Assembly (NCBI GenBank): GCA_028534125.1
Contig: CM052852.1
Coordinates: 75,764,001 to 75,828,000 of the forward strand
Source of the DNA: Lama glama
Lineage: Eukaryota
Length of the DNA: 64,000 bases
Direction of reading: 5' to 3'
Below the pieces are notes generated by a model. The model saw only the letters and a program-made list of their open reading frames with translations, had not been told where the DNA came from and did no database searches. Shown in pieces: positions 36,610 through 47,074 of the stretch. The position numbers and the translations under genes were made by a program. The number at the start of each line of letters is the position of its first letter. Position 1 is the first letter of the stretch.

Positions 36610-37070
36610 TTACTGTGAGACAATTTTCCATGAATCTCCCATGTTTCTGCCCATCTTGTGAACAGAGACACAGACTGACACTGTTCTGGGCAATTTTTTC
36701 AGGGATATTTGTATAATGAACAGCTTTGGAAGATATAGCGGCTCCCTCCAGAGCAATGGAAAGGCAAATTACTGCCCATAATAAAGGATTCAGATTCCTT
36801 TAGCTCACTGTTGCTCTCCTGTAACACAACGCATAGCATGTGCAGGTGTCACCTGGCCCCTTTTTGAGTAGCTCTTATGAGTCTTGGGGGCAAGGGGAAC
36901 TGACACAGGAAAATGCTTATACTCTGGCTACTACTATTGCTGTGAGAAACAAAGTCCCTTATCTCTGGCCCAGGAGTCTCATGTCTTCTGCCAGCATCCA
37001 TGAAAAAAATGTGGCAGGTTTTGTTAGTTTGCAAGTAAGATAAAATCTCAGAACCATCACAAGTCTTGAT
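36610..37070 (+). mobile_element. LTR40-like ERVL solo LTR inserted in a MIR (36455-37160)
   Basis: 'gagacaattttccatg...actctggctactactattgctgtgag...cccaggagtctcatgtcttctgccagcatccatgaa...aaaatctcaga'; MIR halves rejoin at gatca/ggtca. Confidence 0.75.
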
Positions 37071-38723
37071 GGTCACACAGGTGAAAAGTGTTGGAACGGG
37101 GAATTGTACCCATGCCTGTTTGACTCAAGAACCCACACTCTTTTCCCAGGATGCTGTTGCTTCCTGAGCTGTACACAGGGGGAGCTGCTGCATCGTATGA
37201 CATCATTCCTCCTTGCCCTTCCTCCACACCTACGTGTCACTGGACGTGACCTTACTTTTCAAGTTGGATGATCTGGGTGTCTCGTTAAGCAGAGAAGAGG
37301 TTAAAACTATCTGATTATAATTCTTTTTCCTTCTGTCTCCTAGGTTAACGGAAGTCCTTAATCTATCATCTTATCTTCTTAATCATGCTATTTTCCCAGG
37401 GTTATGGTTCTTGTAATAGGCTTTTGTCAGGCATATTCATATTGATGAAAAAAATTCCCAGAGGACACAACAGGCACACTTGAGCTGTTCCCTAAATGAC
37501 TACTAGTTTTAGCTCCTGGGGGATACTTGCCAAACTCTACATCAAAGGCACCAGGCCTCCTGTATCCTTGCTGGACCACCCAGGTTCAGCAAGGTTCAGG
37601 GGGTATACAATGGTGGGATCTCAAGATCACATTTTCCATATATTTATAACCCCCAAATTAATTGTATAAAGTGGTTTCAGTAGAGATTTCTAATCTCAGG
37701 AGTCCCAAGTATCCCTTTTGTTCATATAGGTCTTTTGCTCTTATTATCTACAAACTCTTTTTATCCACAACATTGAGATGTTAGGCAATCATTCTCTCTG
37801 ATCACTGAAGCTGGAGCAACAACTGAAGCTGCCAGTGTAGGGCTGGGGAGAGGAAAAATCGGAGGCTGTGGAGGAGTGAGGCCATTCCCACTTATCATTT
37901 CCCAGAAGGCCTGATGATTCGTCTAGCACTTTCAGCAGAGTGATGACATGCTATCCTCACAACAGCCCTTTGAGGAAACGGGTCCAAAGAGCTTAAGTGA
38001 CTAACTTGTCCAACATTATACTGTGCATTTATAGCTGGTCTGGGGCTAGAATTCCTCTCTATACCTTGTATGTTTAGTGAATTCAGAGGATAGTGTCCCA
38101 GTTTCCCAGAGGAAGAGGAGTAGGATGAGGATTAGGCTGAGGATTCTCCCTTTTGACAGCTTCTGGTCACCCTGCCCAGAAGACAGACTTTCAGGAGGCA
38201 AAGGGCGGGCAAAGTCAATGCCAACCCATGTCATGCTTCCTTCTAAAAAAGTGGGTGGAAGAGTTGTGGAAGAACTGATATACTGGAAAGAGCTGGAGAC
38301 TGGGAGTCCCAAAGTCTGACTAGACCATAAATTTTTCTTTCACCTCCCTGAATCCAAAGTCTACAATGTATAGGTGTCTTTGGGCCTGAGAGTCTAGCCA
38401 GATAACAGGTTGTCATATCCCAGTGGCAGAGTTTTGAGCCGTAGAAATAACCTCCCGACAGCCTTCAGCTATCCCCTCCCTGACCCCAGCTAGCAGCTGT
38501 TGCTCTTGTCTGAACAGAGGGTGATTGTTTCTTGACTTCTGGGCATGGATTTACCATGCTGGGCTCTGCTTGGGTTGCAGCCAGAGCTGGGGGTCAGAAA
38601 ATAGTTCAGAAGAGGATGACACAAGTTGGGGTTTCCACCATCCTGAACCAAGCAAGGAGGACTGGCGATAGGAAAGGGAGGCACTGGGGGACCCAGGAGG
38701 GTCTTGAGAAAGTGGACTCAGGG

Positions 38724-38826
38724 TTTCTTTTCTTTTTCTCCTGTTAATGGGGGTGCTAGAGATTGAACCCAGGACCTCCTGCATGCTAAGTATGTGCTCG
38801 ACCACTGAGCTATACTGGCCCTGCCC
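38724..38826 (-). mobile_element. Camelid tRNA-derived SINE (Vic-1-like)
   Basis: Minus strand TATAGCTCAGTGGTCGAGCAC...CTTAGCATGCAGGAGGTCCTGGGTTCAATC (A and B boxes) plus A-rich tail; degenerate TSD cagggtttcttttc / cagagcttcttttc. Confidence 0.85.
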
Positions 38827-39574
38827 CAGAGCTTCTTTTCTTGAGTTGTATGTCTGTTTGAAGAGCGAAGAGACAAAAACAGTTATCTTGCTTCTGTCCT
38901 GCTAGCTCCTCTGGTGAGCAGCAGCATGCCCCAGAGACACTTTTCAGTGTGAGCATTAGTGGTTCTCTAAGAACTGGGAGCCTCACAGAAGGCGCATTCA
39001 TTTAATCATTTTATCATAGATAAAAGGTTGACTTAGGATACCTCAAGACAAGATTATGGTGAGGATACATAAGCCTAGAAAACTATTAAATTCCAAAGCA
39101 GCTCTAGTCATCGAGTCTTGCTCCCTTCCTCTTGTCTAACATCCCTGCTGCCCTCTCTAAGCCTGCTCTATTCTCCTTTTGCCATTGACTGGAAAATTCT
39201 CTCTGCGGTCTATAGGAACACTTCCACAGGTTCCTGGTCTGACTGCCTTAGCTTGTTACTATCAATCCTACTGGACAGTACTCTTTGCGTCTGGCGACCT
39301 CTACTGTCACCAAGTTATGGGGCCCATTCCTGGTACAGTCAAGGTCACCCCTATGCCACAACTAGCTGGATTTGCTTTCCTGACCAGGAGGCAGTGAGCA
39401 GAGTATTGGACACAGCAGACACCGTGACTAACAGACCTAGTATAGAGGACTTCTCTTTGAAGGTGAATGTCGGCCTTGGTGACAATTAACCCATGGGAGG
39501 TTGAGCTGAACAAGAGAGTGACAGGGCCAGTCCTCTGTGTATGTGGAACAGCCAACCGCCCATGCTGGTGTTTC

Positions 39575-39755
39575 CCAAATCATGGTCCTCAAACTGCTGC
39601 CGCAGATCTGCCTTAGTGCTTTTTAAACCTTTTAATTTCTGGGCCTAACTTCAGACCTACAGAATCAGAATTTTGGAGTTGGGATCAGAGAATCTGCATA
39701 GTTAACAAGCTCCTCACATGAACATGAGTGTTCACTAAAGTTGAGGACCTCTGCT
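39575..39755. mobile_element. MER5A-like hAT-Charlie element
   Basis: 'cagacctacagaatcagaattttgg...aatctgcatagttaacaagctcc...ctaaagttgaggacctctg'. Confidence 0.7.
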
Positions 39756-40039
39756 CTATATTCTTCAAGCTTCTTTCGAGCTGTTGCCTCTTCCTGGAAA
39801 GTTCTCTTCCTGCTCTCTCTGCTTAGCAAAATCCTGCCCCATCCCTGGAGGCCAAGCTCAGGTGTAGCTGCCTTCATGAGGCTTTCCCTGATTTCATGTC
39901 TCCTTAACTCCAACCACCCCCTGTTGCTATGGGGTAGGGGATATTAGGTGAATAAGAACTGGGGTGCAAGGGAGTGTTGGGGATATGAGAAGGCACATCT
40001 GGGATGGAGCTGTAGGAAAGGATTATGTTTTGCCCCCAG

Positions 40040-40785
40040 CTTTTTATTTGGAAAACTCTGGAAGTAAACTATGATGAATACCAGCATGTCCTTCACCTGG
40101 AAATTAACATTTTGCATTTGCACACATGCTCTCTCTCCACACACACATACACACATATCATACAAACTTGTATGTATTTGGCTACAACATTTGAAATTAA
40201 ATTGCAGTTATGGTGCCACTTTGCATTGAAATCCTTCAGCATCTGTCTCCTAAGAAAAAGAGCATTCTCTCATTCTCTTGAGTAATAATAATACCACTAT
40301 CACATCCAAGAAATGTAACATTGATGGAATAGTATTATGCAATATTGAGTCCATATCAAAACTTCTCAAATTATTCCAAAGCATCCTAGCTGTCTGTGCT
40401 GATTCAGGATTCAATCAAGAATCATGGATTTCACTTGATTATCTTTTCTTTTTAGTCTCTTTTAATCTAGATTCTAGAACAGTACCTTTGGCTTTTTTCC
40501 TTAATGATATTGATATTTTTGAAGAGTCCAGGTTAGTTGTCTTGTTTACAATCTGGATTGTCTGATTGTTTTCTCACAACTGGGTTGATACTAAACATCT
40601 TTGGCAGGAACACTACAGAAGCAATGCTGTTCACTTCTCTCTCTGCATTACATCAGGAGCGTCACGTGCCACTGCCCTGTTATGGGTGATGCCAAATTAG
40701 ATCACTTATTTAAGATTTGTCTTCTAGAACTCTTCATTGAAAAGGTACATTTTTATTTTGAAATTAATAAGTAATCTTCAGAGTA
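40040..40785 (-). mobile_element. Old L1 (L1MC4/5-like) 3' end
   Basis: 'tctcctaagaaaaagagcattctc', 'gatatttttgaagagtccagg', 'tttggcaggaacactacaga'. Confidence 0.7.
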
Positions 40786-41131
40786 ATCGGGAATGAGCAT
40801 GTGGAACAGCTCCTATGGTGGTTCCTGAGTGCACTGAAGTTTGAACCACTGTTTTACAAGGTGTGATGTGAATGAGGGTCCTCAAAGGCCTTATCTGCCT
40901 CCAAAATACCTCAGGCTTAGCAGTCTGCCTTCACCTTTCACCTCTTGCTCCACCTCCAAACACCCTCTCCCTCTTGCCTGGTCCACATCCCCAGCATGAG
41001 AGACATTAGCAGGCCAGATGGGGGCACTGCCTCCAACCTGAGGAAGCTTGCTCCCTTTCCCACTCAGGTCAAGGCCTTGTGAGGAAGAACCGTCAAAAAT
41101 GACGAGGTATTTTTGTTCAGTTGATTGGTTT

Positions 41132-41191
41132 GTATTAGTATTAGTATTAGTATTAGTATTAGTATTAGTATTAGTATTAGTATTAGTATTA
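41132..41191. repeat. (GTATTA)10 hexanucleotide microsatellite at the tail side of a MIR (41195-41390, -)
   Basis: Perfect 10-copy repeat, directly visible. Confidence 0.95.
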
Positions 41192-44100
41192 ATTGGGTGA
41201 ACTGAGCCAAGCAGTTTATATAAATTATATCATTTGATCCTATGCCAACCCAATGAGTTTACAGATGGAAAAACTGAGGCTCACAGAAGTGAAGTAACTT
41301 CCCCAAGTTTATACAGCTATTAAGAGTCAGAACTGGATTCAAATCCAGTTCCAAATAAAGCTCATGCTTTTAAACACTAAGCTATACTCTCTAATGAGCA
41401 ATAATTCCACCTGACTTCAGAATTCTCCTGCCATTTGCCTCTGAAGAGTTTTAGGCCCGCAGCATTCCCGAGAGTGAGGAAGCAGGGACACTGGACTTAC
41501 CTTTCAAGGTGGAGAGATGGTTTAACAGAGAAATCAATTGGCATTCCTGTGGTCTTACAGCAAGTGAGTAACTGAGCAGGATGTTGATGGAGAGACCTTA
41601 AGCTCTTGCTTATGAATTTGATTTTGATTTAAGAGGCAGCTGAGAGCCACTATGATTTCTGACTGGTGCTTGCTGAATCTAGAGTGGGTTCAGGTTGGAT
41701 TAATATCACTGTCCTTTGTGTGGGGAAATGCTGCTACTTGATAATAAACCGGCTTGCAGGCTTTGGTAGAAAAGACCGACGTTGCCGACAGCCCCTTTCT
41801 GTGCTTTGCACACGTGAGTGACTGTCTTTAGGTTTACAGCTCTCTGTCCAGCCTGTCACAGGGGAAAATTCTACCTCTTAGATTCTAGTTAGCTCAAGAA
41901 AACCTGTTGCCCCCACCCTACACCCTCCATTCCCAATAAACAGAACAAAAAAAAAAGCCTTGTAAATGTGCTCCGACTTTGTGTAGTCCACAGTTTTCTC
42001 TAGTCTATCAATTCTCCCGCAAGGATGCCCAGTCAAATGCTGCAGTGAAAGGAAAAAACAAAACAAACAAAACCACAACACCCAAGACTCTCTCCTGCCA
42101 GCAAGAGTCATTTGTAATTTGGGGGTTTATTGCACGAATTAGCTTTAGTTTCAGGTTGCCCACTTCTTAGTGACAGAGGTGTCAGGAAAATATCCCTGCA
42201 CCTGTTGCAAGGTTTCATCTATGGCTGGAGTTAGACACAGACAAACACATATAGAGTATCATCCCAATTTTAGCACATGTGCTGTTAAAGCAAGCACGTG
42301 TACATATAAAGTGTCATCCAAGTTTAGCGTATGTCCTGATAAATTAAACATCATCATATATAGACACAGAAGATTTCAAAATTGGAAGAGTCCTAAGAGG
42401 TCATCTAGCAAACCCTCCATCCTACTCCTCACCCCCAGCCGTGTATGCATAGAACAGCTCCACATTGAGACAGCAAAGTTTGGGCAGCTCCAGTGACAAG
42501 TCACTTACTAACTTTCAGAGGCAGCTGATCTGTGTGACCAGCTTTGTTTTTTTAACGAAGGCCTTTTATAAAATAAAGTGAAATGCATCCTCCTGATAAC
42601 TTCTAGCTTTGGAAGACTGCTTCCTTCCTCTGGAGTCGCTCAGAATGAGGGATCACCTTTTCCACCCAGGCCCTACCTGCCGACTCTAGATTGACTGAAA
42701 CTTCCAGCACCATGGCTCCCAGCCAGGACCTTCTCTGCAGTGACTCTTCTTCCAACCTTGACTCTTCCTTTTGACGGCATGTGTATCCAAGGTTCATTCT
42801 CCCAGCTGATGCTGCCCCACCTGGATTGCTCTGCTCTTCCCTGCACACCTAGCAAGCACAAAGCTTCTGGGAGGCTGGGCCCTGGCGGGCCCACTGCAGT
42901 GCCATGGCTCTGCTTGCCAAAAGCCATTTGATGCAGCAGGGAAGCAAGTGGTTAGAGAGGTGCATTGGGTTTCTGAGACGTACTAGCTTAGCTAAGGCAG
43001 AAACAGGCTCTAACNNNNNNNNNNNNNNNNNNNNNNNNNNNNNNNNNNNNNNNNNNNNNNNNNNNNNNNNNNNNNNNNNNNNNNNNNNNNNNNNNNNNNN
43101 NNNNNNNNNNNNNNNNNNNNNNNNNNNNNNNNNNNNNNNNNNNNNNNNNNNNNNNNNNNNNNNNNNNNNNNNNNNNNNNNNNNNNNNNNNNNNNTAGACT
43201 CTCGACATCAATGTTACCATGGCAATAAAGGGCCCCAGCGTTCAGCAGCTATTANNNNNNNNNNNNNNNNNNNNNNNNNNNNNNNNNNNNNNNNNNNNNN
43301 NNNNNNNNNNNNNNNNNNNNNNNNNNNNNNNNNNNNNNNNNNNNNNNNNNNNNNNNNNNNNNNNNNNNNNNNNNNNNNNNNNNNNNNNNNNNNNNNNNNN
43401 NNNNNCTGCATTATACTCATTAGTGCCTTTTAGCCACTGGAAATAGGCTTGAAACTCCACAAGGACCTCACTGTTTCCCAAGCCTTCATTTTTCCCCCAG
43501 GGGTCTAGGCTTATACAGTGACAAACCTATGGGCCACAGTCCCTCAAAATGAAAGCATCTCTCACTGTGCAACTGTACTCGGCAGATAGAAACTCTGCTC
43601 AGGAATGTGATGTGCTAAGGGTTCTTCTTGGAACCCAGTGAAGTAAGGATCTGGGGCCATTATCTGGACCATTCAGGTCAAGGAAACCCTCTGGCCTTAG
43701 CCAGTGAGCCTGCTGGACACGCCTGCTGGCCACTACTCAGAGGCTATCTGCTCAGGAGGGGGAGCTTTGGGCACTGGGGACCATACTGGCATCATCAAAG
43801 TCCAGTAGTAGCTGTTCCAGCTTGAAGGACTGCCCTTCAAGGTCCAGCCCAAACTCCGCCTACTCCGGGAAGCCTTCCCTGATCTCTGCAGCCCCAAATG
43901 AGTTCCCCCTCCTCCACAAACTTCGAAGATGACATCCTATGCTGGGCAGCATTCATGGGCAGCCTCAGGCCCTGGGCCAGCCTGGAGTTTCCTCACCCAT
44001 GACTTCAGAGTCCTCAAGGTCACTAATGCTGGAAGGGACTGGGGTTCTAGAGAGCACTCAACAACACTTGGATGACTCCAACGGCAAACAACTCTTAAGC

Positions 44101-44399
44101 TCCACTGCACGTGACTCCCTAGAGACTCCCTGAAGACTTAGCCAATCCCTGGGTAGGGAAAGTACACAATCACTCTTTGATGGCTCTGTCTACCAAACAC
44201 AATATTGCATAAGTAGCCCACAAGAACACATGCCATAAACTAGCCCCTCTCATGGTAGAAGCAAAGAATCTCTCAAGAGCGCTACCTTCTCTTTCTTCTT
44301 TTGGGAACAGGAAGATCCAGTCCATAAGAATGTTTCTGTTCCCTGTCAGCAACCATGTGGTTTTACTGAAGCAGGCAACCAGGAAACGGGGCTCAGAGA

Positions 44400-44830
44400 A
44401 GCAGCTGCTAACATCTGTGCACAAGGACTGGGCATATACTTTAAGCGACTTTAATCATTTGCATTTGAACCTGCTGTCAAATTCAAAGCCTCTCCTTTCC
44501 TCCTCCTCTCTTGCCGCTGTAGCCACTGCTTCATTTGCAGCCCCACTGGCCGCTTCTGGCTCCAGTCTGCTGCACTGTTAAGCAGATTGCTTTTTTTCCA
44601 AAATTGGCAGGAACAGTTTCTCCTTTAGCTAAAGCCTTTTGAGTGTGAGCTCATACAGATTTCTGTCTTAGAGATCGTATGGGATTTTGTTAGTTTACCC
44701 CACCCAACAGCTGGCATTCCAGAAGGCAGCCTGGGCTATAGTTAAAATACACTGTAAATATATTAAGTATATGGCAAATCCCAAATGACCCAGAATGCTA
44801 GGGAATGAGAAATTCTGGAGAATGGAATGT
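44400..44830. promoter_or_regulatory. Candidate muscle enhancer (E-box + MCAT/TEAD cluster)
   Basis: CAGCTG 44402 and 44708, CATCTG 44412, CATTCC 44715, GGAATG 44802 and 44824; non-repetitive sequence upstream of a muscle-expressed gene. Confidence 0.4.
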
Positions 44831-44879
44831 TTTGTTACCTGAGTTCACATTACTCCAAATGTCCTTTTGTCTCCCATTT

Positions 44880-45495
44880 TTGGTTTTATCCCCAGCTTTA
44901 CTAAGATATAATTGACACATGACATTGTGTAAGTTTAAGGTGTACAACGTGATTTGATACGTTTTATATATATATATATCTCAAAACGATTACCACTATA
45001 GTGTTAGCTAACACCTCCGTCACATCACATAATTACCATTTCTTTTTTATGGTGAGCACACTTAAGATCTACTCTCAGCAACTTTCAAGTATATAATACA
45101 ATATTATTGATGATGATTACCATGTCATACATTAGATTCCTCAGAATTTATTNNNNNNNNNNNNNNNNNNNNNNNNNNNNNNNNNNNNNNNNNNNNNNNN
45201 NNNNNNNNNNNNNNNNNNNNNNNNNNNNNNNNNNNNNNNNNNNNNNNNNNNNNNNNNNNNNNNNNNNNNNNNNNNNNNNNNNNNNNNNNNNNNNNNNNNN
45301 NNNNNNNGTCTGATTTATTTCACTGAGTATAATGCCCTCAAGTTCCATCCATGTTGTCATTAATGGCAGGATTTCCTTCCTTCTCATGACTGAATATTCC
45401 ATTTTAGAATATTCCTCATCCTTCCTCATCCATTTATCTGTTAACAGGACACTTAGGTTGTTTCCACATCTTCACTATTGTGAATAATGCTACTG
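44880..45495 (-). mobile_element. L1MA-like 3' end (spans N gap)
   Basis: 'aagtttaaggtgtacaacgtgatttgata', 'aagatctactctcagcaactttcaagtata'; ORF2 tail LMTTWMELEGIILSEINQ. Confidence 0.8.
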
Positions 45496-46479
45496 CCCAC
45501 TCCTGGCTTTTGAAATCTTGCTAACGTGACTGTACTCTCTTTTATGCCTTCATAAAACAAGACCAATTTACCTATCTATGCTTTTTTTGGCTTTTGACGC
45601 TTCCAAGGGCTTCGAGATTCTCCTACTTAACACCAGGAATCACACAAAAGGCTTGAATGGAGAAAGTGTAAGAGACAGAACTCAAAGTCTCCTGAGACCA
45701 GGTTATCCCCTGGAATATATTTTGCTTTCATTAAAATCCAAAAAGAAGAATGAGTTTCTCTTCTCTTTGTCAGTGTTCTCTTTCTCTTCAAATGAGGGTA
45801 TGGGGCAGGGGGACTCCGTTAAGGAAGAGTCCTGATTAGTTACATTCTAGCCAATGGAATTTTTATTTTAAATTAACCACTATTGAAGCTGTCTTCATCA
45901 GAATAGCCTCGACTTGGAATTATGACTGATCTGTCTAAGCTGTTGGGCTATGGTTTTCTTGCTCATGAATATGCCCACTACCTGCAACATTCTCAGTCAC
46001 CTGGGTGTAATGGGCAGGGGGAGGGATTTGTGAAGGAAGGATCACAAATTCCACCTAGGCCTCTTAGCCACCCGGGCTCCAGTGGGGTGAATCAAACAGA
46101 CTAAAACTGCTATACAATGTTCTTGGCTGTTTCTACTAATTTTTCTTTTGTTGGATCCCACTTTGGCCTCAGGAGTTATATATGTCTGGGAAACTGACAC
46201 TGCAAAGTTCTGGCTTGTTCCCTGCCTTGATGCTAAGGGATAAATATAGATCTCAACCACTACAGAAATTTGGCCAGGATTCCAAGGGGTGTGTGTGTGT
46301 GAGGGGCAGTGCTGATGGGGCCATTCTGACATGTGGGCTAGAAAAAGGCTTCTTTATGTCCAAGACCCTTTTTGGCCAGGGAAGGGTAAGGCAGGAGCCT
46401 GGCCTCTAAAATCAGAATGCATAGTCTACATTTAAGGGACTTGCGGATTGACACAAATAAGGAATATTGTAGGTGGCCT

Positions 46480-47011
46480 GGTGTGGGGAGGGGTGGGGAA
46501 AGCTAAGGGAATCTTTCCTGACACCCTAGATCCTTTTGTATGAGGTCAGCCTTATGAAAAAAGAAAGTTATTCTTGGTCATCTCCCCTCACCCCCAACTC
46601 CCACCCACGCCCCACCCCCTGCACACACTGATATCCAACTCTCAATTCAGAAGAACACGACTTAAGATTTCCATTGGGCGCATAGTAGCTCAGGCGCTAG
46701 GGAAGGGCAGTGGGTGGGAAGAGACATGAAGTTGGGGGTGGTGAGTCGCTCATCCTCGTGACCCAGAATATCTCCCCCTCCCTGTAATGATGAGCTTGCT
46801 TTTCCATCAGGGCTTTCCTTTGATTCAGGGAAGGGGCCAACCAATGAGAGAGGGGCATGTTGGATTATTTTGGGGAAGGGCTCATGCCAGGAGGGTTCAC
46901 TTTTACTGGGCGCCAAGTATCCCCAGCAACCAGTGTCTCCTGTACCAGCAGAAGCTCCATAACTCTCACTCACTGGCCTGCCTCTGCCGCGTCTTTGCCC
47001 ACTGACCAGCC
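46480..47011 (+). promoter_or_regulatory. ATP1B4 proximal promoter / 5' UTR
   Basis: Immediately upstream of exon 1; CACCC/C-rich tract 46584-46620, reverse CCAAT (ATTGG ~46673), CCAAT at 46841; no obvious TATA. Confidence 0.55.
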
Positions 47012-47074
47012 ATGAGACGGCAGCTCCGGTCCAGAAGGGCTCCGGCCTTTCCTTACGGTTATCGCTACAGACTT
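47012..47074 (+). CDS. ATP1B4: ATP1B4 exon 1 coding part (MRRQLRSRRAPAFPYGYRYRL)
   Basis: Kozak GCCATG, in-frame TGA 9 nt upstream (47003), donor CTT|gtgagt at 47075; Arg-rich N-terminus typical of eutherian BetaM. Confidence 0.96.

Noticed and set aside
38745-38820. tRNA gene (A/B boxes)
   Set aside because: Has an A-rich tail and TSD, poor acceptor-stem pairing, and matches the second SINE copy at 2493-2632; it is a tRNA-derived SINE
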